From an uncultured Planctomycetota bacterium (GTDB lineage Bacteria; Planctomycetota; Planctomycetia; Isosphaerales; Isosphaeraceae), in NCBI GenBank assembly GCA_963737655.1, contig CAVTTN010000002.1:4384001-4448000 (forward strand): a stretch of DNA of 64,000 nucleotides, written 5' to 3'. Within the stretch, counting starts at the first letter, position 1. Every line of letters begins with the position of its first letter. The notes under the pieces are model-generated. The model did not search any database. It saw only the letters and a program-made list of their open reading frames with translations, and had not been told where the DNA came from. The translations under genes were made by a program, and so were the position numbers. Below, in pieces: positions 11,707 to 21,441 of this stretch.

Positions 11707-12802
11707 GGACCGTTTCCGAGATCTCGGCCTGGATGGAACGGTTCGCCCCGAAGAGGCTGGCGGAGTCGTGGGACAACGTCGGATTGCTCCTGGGCGACCC
11801 GTCGGCGAGGGTCGAACGGGTGATGACGTGCCTGACCGTGACCCCCGAATCGGCCTCCGAGGCGATCGACGAATCGGCCGGCCTGATCGTCAGTCATCAC
11901 CCGATCCTGTTCCGCCCCACCCAGCAAATCCGGGCCGATCGGTCGGATTCGGCCCCGGTCTGGAACCTGGCGAGGGCGGGCGTGGCGGTCTACAGCCCCC
12001 ACACGGCCTTCGACAACACCGAGGGCGGCATCAACGACGGACTTGCCCGGAGGCTGAGGCTCGACGCGGTCAAATCGCTCCGGCCGCCGCCGCCGAGCCC
12101 GCGATTCAAGGTCGTGGTCTTCACCCCGCAATCGGACCGCGAGGCGGTCCTGAACGCGGCGTTCTCGGCCGGCGCGGGGCGGATCGGCGACTATCAGGAA
12201 TGCTCGTTTTCGACCGGCGGCCACGGCACCTTCTTCGGCACGGAGGGGACCGAGCCGACGGTCGGCGAAGCGGGGCGGCGGGAGCGGGTCCGCGAGTGGA
12301 AGGTCGAGTTCGTCTGCCCCGGCGACCGCCTGGCGCGGTCCTGGCCAATGTCCGCAAGCATCATTCCTATGAGGAGCCGGCGATCGACGTCCTCCCGCTC
12401 CACGAGGGGTCGTCGGGGCCCGGAGTCGGGCGGATCGGCCGGTTGCCCGGGGCGAAGACCCTGGGGGAGCTCGCCTCGGACGTCCGCCTCGCCTTGCGGT
12501 GCCCTTCCCCGCCCCAGGTCGTGGGCGACCCGTCGCGGAGGGTCGAGCGCGTGGCGATCGCCTGCGGGGCGGGCGACGACTTCGTGAAGGACGCCGACCG
12601 CCTCGGCGCCGACGTCCTGCTGACCGGCGAGGCCCGATTCCACAAGGCGCTGGAGGCGCAATCGCGAGGGATCGGCCTGATCCTCGCGGGCCACTTCGCC
12701 ACCGAGAGGCCGGGCGTCGAAGACCTCGCGCAAACCCTCTCGGCCGCGTTCCCCGACCTCACCCTCTGGGCCAGCCGTCGCGAGAAGGACCCCATCCTGT
12801 AG
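11703..12802 (+). CDS. NIF3-family (GTP cyclohydrolase 1 type 2-like) protein with PII-like insert; apparent frameshift near 12335
   Basis: AESWDNVGL, SHHP, HTAFD in the first frame; HSYEEPAID, CGAG, GHFATERPG in the second frame. Confidence 0.85.
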
Positions 12803-13016
12803 GGTGCATGCAATGCACCAACTCGCGGCGGCCGAAGGCCGCCTACCATTTCCCGCCTACCATTTCCCGCCTACCATTTCCCGCCCACCATTTCCCGTCT
12901 ACCTTTTCCCGCCCACCATTTCCCGCCCACCATTTCCCGATTTCCGCAGACCTCGCGGGAAGATCCCCCGAGCGGCCGATGGCCGCCGCGTGCCGGGTGC
13001 ATTTCACGCACCCGAC
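12799..13016. repeat. Family A REPIN-like element enclosing a tandem array
   Basis: Arms 12799-12819 and 12996-13016; inner stem cgcggcggcc / ggccgccgcg. Confidence 0.8.
12841..12945. repeat. Tandem repeat, 7 x 14 bp (GCCYACCATTTCCC)
   Basis: Seven contiguous near-identical units at 12841-12938 plus a partial unit. Confidence 0.95.
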
Positions 13017-13017
13017 G

Positions 13018-13046
13018 AAAAAACCCCCGGGAGGACCGGGGGTTGC
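13018..13046 (-). terminator. Intrinsic terminator for the 13075-13374 gene
   Basis: Minus strand reads aacccccgg-tcctc-ccgggggtttttt: GC stem plus T-run. Confidence 0.7.
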
Positions 13047-13074
13047 GGAGGGACGATCGCGGTTCGAGCCGGTC

Positions 13075-13374
13075 TCAGGACGCGGAGGCCGGCTCGGCGG
13101 CTTCGCCCGCGCCCTTGCCGGTCCGGGTGGTGGGGACGGGGAGGTAGGACTGGTGCTCCCACTGGCCCGCCCAGGCCAGCCCGGCCCAGCGTTGCAGCGA
13201 GATGTTGCGGACGGTCGGGCGGTCCTCGTCGCGGATCACCTCGCCCCAGGCGCCGGCGTAGGCGGCGCGGACCTGGGCCGAGCTGCCCCCGACGCAGAGG
13301 AGCCGTTCGCCGCCCGGTGCCAGGCAGGCAACGGCCCGCCAGTCCTGGGCGGCCGTGGATTCGGTCATGCTCAT
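13075..13374 (-). CDS. Small hypothetical protein (99 aa)
   Basis: Coding-like codon usage, own promoter candidate and terminator. Confidence 0.65.
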   Translation of the reverse strand: MSMTESTAAQDWRAVACLAPGGERLLCVGGSSAQVRAAYAGAWGEVIRDEDRPTVRNISLQRWAGLAWAGQWEHQSYLPVPTTRTGKGAGEAAEPASAS

Positions 13375-13546
13375 CGTTCAAATGTCCCCGCCAGCCGGGT
13401 TGCCTCGGCCCGGCCAGGTCGGCCGAACCAAGAGACCTCCCGACGGGTCTTGCCAAACAAGGAAGGCATCATCAATCGGGTGCGGAAGGCCCGGGGAGAT
13501 GCGGCCCCGGACCTCGGAAGGAGCCGGAAGGGGCCCGGCTCCTTCC

Positions 13547-13575
13547 ATCTTATGCCGCCGAGGGGCCCTGGACAA
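13547..13575 (-). promoter_or_regulatory. Candidate sigma70 promoter
   Basis: TTGTCC-17 nt-TAAGAT on the minus strand. Confidence 0.45.
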
Positions 13576-13799
13576 CCAAAGAGGAGGCGCCTGACCTCGC
13601 CTCCGCCCCGGGCAGGGGCCAGGACTCCAGCCTTCGGCCGGGCCTGGCGGGGAGAGGGACCGGGACGTTCAACCCGGCTCGTGGCCGACGCTCTTCATAG
13701 GATGGGAGGACCAGTGAGGCCCCCTGGCGACGCCTGGCCATTCTAGCCGCCGCCCCGCCCTGGACGAAGCAAAAAATTCTTCGAGATTTTTTGGAACAC

Positions 13800-14794
13800 T
13801 CAACCAGGGCTTCCTAGCCTCAACAACACCTTCCCCTTGCGACCGACCACCTCGGCCGCCCGGCTCGCCTCCACGACCCGATCCATCGGGAAACTCGGCC
13901 CCACCTCCGTCGCCAGGACGCCCGATCGAACCTGCCGGCCGATCTCCCGGAACATCGCCAGGGACGCCGGGATGCTCCGGCTCCTCATCCAGTGCCCGAG
14001 CCAGAACCCCTCCACGACCCTCTTGCCCGAGATCATCCGCCTCGGGTCGATCCGCAGGGGCTCCCCGGACAGCGTGCCATACACCACCAATCGGCCATCT
14101 TCGGCCAGGGCGTTGAAGGCGCCCGTCCCGGTGTCGCCGCCCACCGGGTCGATCGCGAATGGCACGCCTTGCGGGACGATCGCCCGGACCTGCTCCTCGA
14201 TCGGCCCCTCGGACGACGCGATCACCCGATCTCCCCCCAGGACTTCGAGTTCCGCCTTCGCCTCCGACCGGCGGACGACGTTGATCGTCTTGATCCCATC
14301 AAGCTTCGCCAGCCGGATCAGCATCTTCCCCAGCTCCGACCCGGCCGCGGTCTGGAGGAGCCAGGCCCCCTTCGGAACCCGCAAGACATGGCGGATCAAG
14401 GCCAGCGCCGTGGCCGGGTTGACGAAATAGGACGCCACCTGCTCGTCGGGGATGTCCGGCGGCACGGGCCGGGCCTGGCGGGCCGGGATCACGGCATACT
14501 CGGCCCAGTTCCCCCCGGCCGAGTTGATCACGGTGACCCGCTTCCCCTTCGCCAACCAACCGAGGAGCCGGGGCCCGCCTTGTCCACGACCCCCACGCCC
14601 TCGAACCCCGGCGTGCTCGGCAGCCTGGGCAAGACGCCATAGCGGCCCTTCACCACCAGCAAATCCGACGGGTTCACCGGGCTGGCGATCATCCGGACCC
14701 GCACTTCCCCGGGGCCGGGCTCGGGCGTCGGAACCTCGCGGACGGTCAGGACTTCGGACGGATCGCCGAAGCGATCGAAGACGACGGCTTTCAT
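13800..14794 (-). CDS. MDR-superfamily (quinone oxidoreductase / enoyl reductase-like) dehydrogenase; apparent frameshift near 14570
   Basis: [28 protein letters not shown], then [19 protein letters not shown] in the second frame. Confidence 0.85.
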
Positions 14795-14916
14795 CGGGTC
14801 GAGGGGGTTCCGGGATCGGGTTCGGCGGGGATCGATGGCGATCCCCGGTCCGGTCCAGGAGTTTGACAGGATCGGCCGCCCCCGCCAAGCCTCCCGGCTC
14901 CGCGATTCCCCCCGAA

Positions 14917-15300
14917 TCAGGCGCCGGCGAACCCGACCTTCTGCTGCGCCTCCTTCACGATCGCCGCATGGGCGTCGGCTCCGAACTTCTGGCCGATCTC
15001 CTTCTCCATTCGGCGGTTATAGCCTTCGACGTGCAGCCGCAGCCTCTCATCCACCACGCAGCCGGCGACCCCCTGGAGGCTCACGCCCAGCCGGTCCCTC
15101 ATCAGGGTCGAATACTCGGTGAACCAGGGAGCGGGCAGGCCATAAGTCTTGAGCCGGAGGACGCCCGCCGCCACGTCGCGCTCCGCCTCGGCCTCCCCCT
15201 GGCGTTCCGGGTCCGGGCCGGGCCGCAATGCCAGCCCGAGGCTGGAGACTGCGATCAGCCCCACTCCGCCGAACAGCATCCGCCGCCTCGTCGCATTCAT
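14917..15300 (-). CDS. Hypothetical membrane-anchored or exported protein
   Basis: TRRRMLF followed by a hydrophobic stretch; GCVVD motif. Confidence 0.6.
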   Translation of the reverse strand: MNATRRRMLFGGVGLIAVSSLGLALRPGPDPERQGEAEAERDVAAGVLRLKTYGLPAPWFTEYSTLMRDRLGVSLQGVAGCVVDERLRLHVEGYNRRMEKEIGQKFGADAHAAIVKEAQQKVGFAGA

Positions 15301-15463
15301 GGAGATCATCCTCCCGGGCCGTTCGATCCGCCTTTCGTCTCTCCATTCGACCGGGAAACTCCTCCCGGTTCAATCCCCCGCCGCCGTCTTGGGTTCTCGG
15401 CCTCGGCGGGCTATCGTGAGGGCCGCTCGCTGCCCCAAAACGTGACGAGATCGAGGCCCGTCC

Positions 15464-16365
15464 ATGCCCTTCGACCCCCTGGTGACCACCGACTGGCTCG
15501 CCGACCACCTGCATGATCCCAACGTCCGCGTGATCGACTGCCGGGGTTCGGTGACGACCCGGCCCGTCGCGCCGGGCGTGGAGGACGCCTTCTATCGCGG
15601 GGCGATCGACGAATATCTCGCAGCCCACGTCCCGGGCGCGGTTTACGTGGATTGGACGAAGGACATCATCGATCCCAACGACCCCGTTCCCGTCCAGGTG
15701 GCCCCTCCGGACCCCTTCGCCGAGGCGATGGCCTCGCGAGGGGTCGGCGACTCGACCCACGTCGTCGCCGTGGACCACATGGGCGGCCAGTTCGCCACCC
15801 GGTTGTGGTGGGCCCTGACTTATTATGGCCATGACGCCGTCTCGGTGCTGGAAGGCGGCTGGAATCGGTGGGTCGAGGAGGAGAGGGCCGTCGAAGCCGG
15901 GCCGGTGAGCGTCGATCGCCGCGAGTTCACCCCGAAGGTCCGCCCGGGATGGCGGACGACGTCCGAAACCCTCGCGGCTCGGCTGGGCGAACCGGGCTTG
16001 CAGGTGCTCGACGCCCGCGATTCCGGCCAGTTTTCCGGGGCGAAGCGGCGGGGGCCCCGAGGCGGGCACATCCCGGGGGCGATCCACGTCCCGAGGGAGC
16101 GGTTCTTCGCGGAGGGGGGCGGGTTCGTCTCGCTGGACGAGGCCCGGTCCACCTTCCGGGAGGCCGGCCTGGCCCTGGACCGGCCGATTGTCGCTTATTG
16201 CAATGGCGGGGTGGCCGCGACCGTCCCGCTGTTCTTCCTCAGCCGGCTGGGCGCGGCCTCGTTGAGCAATTACGACGGCTCCTGGAACGAGTGGGGCGCC
16301 GGGCCGACCTGCCGGTCGAGCCCGCGCCCTCGCCCGCCGACCCGGCGAATCCTCCGAAACCGTGA
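15464..16365 (+). CDS. Tandem-domain rhodanese / sulfurtransferase (SseA-like); apparent frameshift near 16298
   Basis: LVTTDWL, HVPGA, ATRLWW, GHIPGA, active-site YCNGG, YDGSWNEW. Confidence 0.85.
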
Positions 16366-16496
16366 GCCTCGGTCCTTGCGGACGGGGCGGCCGATCGCCA
16401 TAGTGCAACATCTCGGGCCGGGCCTTCCGCCTCTCCGTCGCTTCGCCCGACCGATCCGCCGACCCCTTCCCTCGGCCTCCAGGGGAGCCCTTGCCG

Positions 16497-17126
16497 ATGA
16501 CCGAACCCGACACCAAGCACCGGGCCGGGCCCAGCCGCCGCGACTTCCTCCGAGGCTCGGGCCTCGCCGCCGCGACGGCCGTCCTGACCGCCGAGGCCCT
16601 CGCCCCCGTGGCCGAGGCCCGGGCCGCCGACGAGGGGGCCAAGGTCCTCTCGGGCGACGTGCCCGTGACCCTCAGCGTCAACGGCCACGACATGAGCTGC
16701 ACCGTCGAGCCGCGCAGCACGTTGCTCGACACCCTCCGCAATCGCCTGGACGTCACCGGACCCAAGAGGGTCTGCGACCGGGCCAGTTGCGGCGCCTGCA
16801 CCGTGATCCTCGACGGCGACCCGGTCTATTCCTGCACCACGCTGGCCGTCGCCTGCCCGGGTCACAAGATCGAGACCCTGGAGAGCTTCGACACCGGGGC
16901 CAGCGGCGTCCCCCACGCCTTCCATCAAAAAGACGCCCTGATGTGCGGCTACTGCACCCCGGGGTTCGTCACCGCGTGCAAGGCGATGCTCGACAAGAAC
17001 CCCGACCCCTCCCCGGAGGAGGTCCGCAAGGGTCTCGACGGCAACATCTGCCGGTGCGGCACCTACGTCGGCGTGATCGAGGCCGCGCTCGCCGCGGCCA
17101 AGGCCCTCAAGACGAAGGGAGCCTGA
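16497..17126 (+). CDS. Xanthine-dehydrogenase-family 2Fe-2S subunit with Tat signal (PaoA/YagT-like)
   Basis: SRRDFLR Tat motif; CDRASCGAC..C and CGYC..CRC. Confidence 0.9.
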   Translation: MTEPDTKHRAGPSRRDFLRGSGLAAATAVLTAEALAPVAEARAADEGAKVLSGDVPVTLSVNGHDMSCTVEPRSTLLDTLRNRLDVTGPKRVCDRASCGACTVILDGDPVYSCTTLAVACPGHKIETLESFDTGASGVPHAFHQKDALMCGYCTPGFVTACKAMLDKNPDPSPEEVRKGLDGNICRCGTYVGVIEAALAAAKALKTKGA

Positions 17127-17129
17127 ACC

Positions 17130-19274
17130 ATGGCCTCCTGGCCCGAAACCCCCCGCCTGATCGGCAAGAGCACCCTTCGCCTCGACGGACTGGCCAAGGC
17201 CAGCGGCCGGGCGAAGTACCCGAGCGACGTCCGGCCCGACGGCACCCTGTTCGGCGTGATGCTCTACAGCCCCTATGCGCACGCCAAGGTCAAGAGCATC
17301 GACACCGCCCCGGCCGAGAAGATGCCGGGCGTGAAGGCCGTCCACGTGATCGCCGACGCCGGCGCCACGCTCCGCTACCAGGGCGCGGATATTGCCGCCG
17401 TGGCCGCCGAGACCGAGGAGCAGGCCCGCGACGCCGCCCGCGCCATCAAGGTCGAGTATGAGATCCTCCCTCACGTCGTCCTCGAAGAGGACGCGATGAA
17501 GGACGACGCCCCCAAGGTCCAGGGCCGCTCCAACGTCCAGAAGGGCCGGGCCCAGGTCACCAAGGACCCCGAAGCCGCGATGAAGGCCGCCGAGGCCGAG
17601 GGCGCCGTGATCGAGGGCACCTATTCCGCCCCGGTCATCACCCACGTCTGCCTCGAGACCCACGGCCTGACCTCGAAGTGGAGCGAGGACGCGATCACCG
17701 CCTGGGCCAGCACCCAGTCGGTCATGGCCACCGCCGACGAGCTCGCCCAGCGGTTCAAGATCGCCAACCCGAACGTGACCGTCCTGACCGAGGTCATGGG
17801 CGGCGGGTTCGGCTCGAAGTTCGGCGCCGACGTCTGGGGCGTCACGGCCACGGAGCTGTCGAAGAAGGCCGGCGGCAAGCCCGTCCGCATGTTCCTCGAC
17901 CGCGTCCAGGAGCACCTCGCCGCCGGCAACCGGCCGAGCGTCACGGCCACGATCAAGCTCGGCGCCTCCAAGGACGGCAAGCTCTCCGCCCTGATCGCCG
18001 ACAGCCACGGCACCGGCGGCAACACCGGAGGCGCCGACGTCCTCCTGCCTTATGTCTACGCCGTGCCGAACGTCTCGCGGACGCATTCCAACGTCTTCGT
18101 GAACGCCGGCAACGCCCGGGCGATGCGGGCGCCCCGGCACCCGCAGTCCTGCATCGTCATGGAATCGGCGATGGACGACCTCGCCGAGAAGCTCGGCATG
18201 GACCCCCTGGAGTTCCGCGTCAAGAACCTCCCGGCCGGCGACTTCAAGACGCCGTACTACAACGATCAGGTGGCGATCGGCGCCAAGCTGATCGGCTGGA
18301 AGGACCGCAAGCCCCGGAAGGACAACGGCAAGGGGCCGATCTCCCGAGGCTTCGGCATGGCCCTCCACACCTGGGGGGGCGGCGGCCAGCCGGATAAGAA
18401 GGTCGGCTGCACGATCAGCCCGGATGGCTCCGTCGAGGTCCGCTCGGCCACCCAGGACATCGGCACCGGCGCCCGGACCGTCCTGGCGATCATCGCCGCC
18501 GAGGTCCTCGGCCTTGAGGTCAAGGACATCACCTCCAACATCGGCAACTCCACCTTCCCGCCCGGCCAGGGCTCGGGCGGCTCGACCACCACGCCGTCGA
18601 TGAGCGCCCCGTGCTACGACGCCGTGACCAAGGCCCGCGACGCCTTCCTCGAGAAGCTCGCCAAGGGCCTCAACGAGAAGAAGGACGACCTCTCGCTCGA
18701 AGGCGGCAAGCTCCTGGTCAAGGGCCAGCCGGCCATGTCCTGGAAGGACGCCTGCCGGAAGCTCGGGACGATGCCCATCTCGGCCGAAGGGGTGTTCGCC
18801 GACGGCCTGACCTCCAGCGGGGTGGCCGGCTGCCAGTTCGCCGACGTCTCGGTGGACGTCGAGACCGGCGTCGTGAAGCTCAACAAGATCGTGGCCGTCC
18901 AGGATTCCGGCCTGATCATCAACAAGCTCGCCTGGACCAGCCAGGTCTACGGCGGGGTGATCGGCGGGCTGAACTACGGCCTGTTCGAGGAACGGGTGAT
19001 GGACCCGGCCACGGGCATCATGCTCAACCCCGACATGGAGCTCTACAAGCTCGCCGGGGCCAGCGACATCCCCGAGATCATCGTCGAGGCCTACGAGCCG
19101 CCCGCCGTGAAGGCCCGGGGGGTGATCGGCATCGGCGAGCCGCCGACGATCAGCACCGCCGCGGCCATCGGCAACGCCGTGAGCAACGCCATCGGCGCCC
19201 GAGTGACCCGCTGGCCCATGTCCCCCAAGAACGTCCTGGACGCCCTGGCCTCGGCCAAGAAGAGGGAGTCGTAA
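17130..19274 (+). CDS. Xanthine-dehydrogenase-family molybdopterin-binding subunit (PaoC/YagR-like)
   Basis: MGGGFGSK, MRAP, DIGTG, SGGS, QVYGG, GIGEPP. Confidence 0.9.
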   Translation: MASWPETPRLIGKSTLRLDGLAKASGRAKYPSDVRPDGTLFGVMLYSPYAHAKVKSIDTAPAEKMPGVKAVHVIADAGATLRYQGADIAAVAAETEEQARDAARAIKVEYEILPHVVLEEDAMKDDAPKVQGRSNVQKGRAQVTKDPEAAMKAAEAEGAVIEGTYSAPVITHVCLETHGLTSKWSEDAITAWASTQSVMATADELAQRFKIANPNVTVLTEVMGGGFGSKFGADVWGVTATELSKKAGGKPVRMFLDRVQEHLAAGNRPSVTATIKLGASKDGKLSALIADSHGTGGNTGGADVLLPYVYAVPNVSRTHSNVFVNAGNARAMRAPRHPQSCIVMESAMDDLAEKLGMDPLEFRVKNLPAGDFKTPYYNDQVAIGAKLIGWKDRKPRKDNGKGPISRGFGMALHTWGGGGQPDKKVGCTISPDGSVEVRSATQDIGTGARTVLAIIAAEVLGLEVKDITSNIGNSTFPPGQGSGGSTTTPSMSAPCYDAVTKARDAFLEKLAKGLNEKKDDLSLEGGKLLVKGQPAMSWKDACRKLGTMPISAEGVFADGLTSSGVAGCQFADVSVDVETGVVKLNKIVAVQDSGLIINKLAWTSQVYGGVIGGLNYGLFEERVMDPATGIMLNPDMELYKLAGASDIPEIIVEAYEPPAVKARGVIGIGEPPTISTAAAIGNAVSNAIGARVTRWPMSPKNVLDALASAKKRES

Positions 19275-19279
19275 CCCCC

Positions 19280-20251
19280 ATGAAAGCCTTCGAATACGCC
19301 GGGCCCTCGACCGTCGAGGACGCCCTGAAGGCCCTCGCCGGGGCCAAGACCGCCGAGCCCCTTTCCGGGGGGACCGACCTGATCTCCCGGATGAAGGACT
19401 ACGTGGCCGAACCCGACCGCGTGGTCAACCTCAAGGGCATCAAGGCCCTCGCCGGGATCTCCTCGGGAGACAGGGGCCTGACCATCGGCGCCGGCACGAG
19501 GCTGGCCGACGTGGTCGCATCCAAGGAAATCCAGAAGGAATTCCCCGCCCTCCACCAGGCGGCCCTGGAAGTCGGCACCCCGCAGATCCGCAACATGGCC
19601 ACCGTCGGCGGCAACCTCCTCCAGAGGCCCCGCGACTGGTACTACCGCAACGGCTACGGCCTGATCGCCAAGAAGGACGGCAAGAACCTCCTCCGCGACG
19701 GCGACAACCGCTACGGCGCCATCTTCCTGACCGAAGGCGACGCCCTGTTCGTGAACCCCTCCAGCCTGGCCGTCCCCTTGATCGCCCTCGGCGCCACGGC
19801 GACGATCGCCGGCGAGAAGGGGGAGCGGACGGTCCCCGTCGAGAAGCTCTATCAGGTCCCGAAGGCCGATTCCGACCGCGAATTGACCCTCGCGCCGGGC
19901 GAGATCCTCACGAAGATCACGATCCCGGCCGCGAAGGGCAAGAACGCCTCGTATGAGGCCCGGCAGAAGCGTGCCCACGACTGGCCGCTGGTCCTCTGCT
20001 CGGTCGCCGGGATCGGCGAGAGCCCGAGGGTGGTGATCTACGGGGTCGCCCCGATCCCCTGGAGGAGCGAGGCCGCCGAGGCCGCCCTCAAGGGCAAGGA
20101 GATCACCCCCGAGACGGCCGAGGCCGCCGCCGAGGCCGCCGTCAAGGACGCCAAGCCCCTGTCGCAGAACGGCTACAAGGTCGCCCTGACGAAGACCGTG
20201 GTGAAGCGCGCCCTGCTCGCCGCCGTCGGCAACCGCTACTGGGAGGCCTGA
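19280..20251 (+). CDS. Xanthine-dehydrogenase-family FAD subunit (PaoB/YagS-like)
   Basis: SGGTDL, TPQIRNMATVGGNL, GVAPIPWR, PLSQNGYK. Confidence 0.9.
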   Translation: MKAFEYAGPSTVEDALKALAGAKTAEPLSGGTDLISRMKDYVAEPDRVVNLKGIKALAGISSGDRGLTIGAGTRLADVVASKEIQKEFPALHQAALEVGTPQIRNMATVGGNLLQRPRDWYYRNGYGLIAKKDGKNLLRDGDNRYGAIFLTEGDALFVNPSSLAVPLIALGATATIAGEKGERTVPVEKLYQVPKADSDRELTLAPGEILTKITIPAAKGKNASYEARQKRAHDWPLVLCSVAGIGESPRVVIYGVAPIPWRSEAAEAALKGKEITPETAEAAAEAAVKDAKPLSQNGYKVALTKTVVKRALLAAVGNRYWEA

Positions 20252-20254
20252 CCC

Positions 20255-20497
20255 ATGCTCGACCCGCAAACCCAGGACGAAACGGCGGGCCTCCCGATCG
20301 TCGGCGCCCCCTGCCGCCACCTCCGCAACAAGTCGATGTACGTCTTCACCGACGTCGAGCCCGGGATGTCGTCCGAAGGCCATCAGGACAGCATTTGCTG
20401 GTGCCTCCAGACGATGACCGGCTTCGGCCCCGACGACGAGTTCGTCGACGCCCACGAATGCCGCAACCCCAGCCGATCCTGCTTCGAGCCGGTCTGA
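20255..20497 (+). CDS. Small Cys-rich hypothetical protein (80 aa, 5 Cys)
   Basis: Starts 3 nt after the FAD-subunit stop with a GGAGG RBS; CRHL..CWC..C..C. Confidence 0.75.
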   Translation: MLDPQTQDETAGLPIVGAPCRHLRNKSMYVFTDVEPGMSSEGHQDSICWCLQTMTGFGPDDEFVDAHECRNPSRSCFEPV

Positions 20498-20531
20498 GCC
20501 GAACTCGGAGCGTCGCGAAAAACCTCACTCA

Positions 20532-20573
20532 ACGGGCACGGACGATCGGTCAAACCCGGTCGTCCGTGCCCGT
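20532..20573. repeat. 18-bp stem hairpin (REP-like or terminator) after the molybdoenzyme operon
   Basis: acgggcacggacgatcgg-tcaaac-ccggtcgtccgtgcccgt. Confidence 0.55.
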
Positions 20574-20612
20574 CTCGCGTTCCGACCTGCAAGAATTTGC
20601 GCCGACGGCCGA

Positions 20613-21356
20613 ATGACCCTCGCAGGTCGAGACGAGACCCGAGGCTTTCCCGGAGCGAGGACGATGCCCGATCCCATCGGTCCTTCGGTCAGCTATGTCC
20701 CCGCCACGACGGCCGTCCTGGTCGTCGGCGATCGGCCGATTCCGCTCGAAGAATGGCCGATGGCTCGGTCCGTCGCAGAGCGTCACGCGATGGAGACCAG
20801 GCAGGAGGGGGCCGACCTCCTGGCGATCGAGCCGAAGAGGCGCAGCGTGATCGGGGTGATCGTGCTGAGCATCCTGATGTTCCTCGGCGGGAGCTTGCCG
20901 ACCGTCGTGGCCACGTCCCTCGACCTGCCCGGCTGGCTCTCGATCGTCATGGGCCTGGTCACCCTGGCGGGCCTCCTGTTCCTGGTCCGGCTCCAGCTCT
21001 CGGGCCTGCGGTCGATCCGGTTCGACAGGGCGGCGGGGCGTCTGGTGATCGATCGCCGGGTCGGCTTCCGACGAAGGACTCGGACCGAGGCGAGCTATCC
21101 CCTCGAAACGGTCCTGGCGGTCCAGCTCCTGTTCAACGGCTTGCATAGCGTGTCCGAAACGCTAGGACAGGGCGACCAGCAATCGACCTCCTACCGCCAA
21201 TTCTTCGGTTATGAGCTCAATCTCGTCCTCGATGACCCGAACCAGAGGCGCCTGAACCTGTTCAGCATCGCCGACTGGGCATGGATTCGACGGACGGGTC
21301 AAACCCTCGGGGCCTTCCTCCAGGTCCCCGTGATCGACAAGCTCCATCACGGGTAG
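20613..21356 (+). CDS. Hypothetical membrane protein (2 TM); start uncertain
   Basis: Two hydrophobic helices then YELNLVL..RLNL..LGAFLQVPV. Confidence 0.7.
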   Translation: MTLAGRDETRGFPGARTMPDPIGPSVSYVPATTAVLVVGDRPIPLEEWPMARSVAERHAMETRQEGADLLAIEPKRRSVIGVIVLSILMFLGGSLPTVVATSLDLPGWLSIVMGLVTLAGLLFLVRLQLSGLRSIRFDRAAGRLVIDRRVGFRRRTRTEASYPLETVLAVQLLFNGLHSVSETLGQGDQQSTSYRQFFGYELNLVLDDPNQRRLNLFSIADWAWIRRTGQTLGAFLQVPVIDKLHHG

Positions 21357-21382
21357 AGCGGTTCCCGGTAGGTTGGATATCG

Positions 21383-21441
21383 GTAGGGCAGGCCTCGGCC
21401 TGCCGTCTTCGGGGGCCTCGGCAGGCCAAGGCCTGCCCTAC
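21383..21441. repeat. Family B REPIN-like doublet
   Basis: Inverted arms with 1 mismatch; the right-arm CTAC is the TAG stop of the acyltransferase. Confidence 0.85.

Noticed and set aside
11703..12802. Programmed frameshifting or true pseudogenes in the split genes
   Set aside because: No slippery heptamers and no additional decay; assembly error is simpler
12841..12945. CRISPR array
   Set aside because: Contiguous 14-bp units with no spacers, and no cas genes in the window
15464..17461. 665-aa rhodanese fusion
   Set aside because: Read-through caused by a frameshift near 16298; the remainder is out-of-frame sequence of the 2Fe-2S and Mo subunit genes
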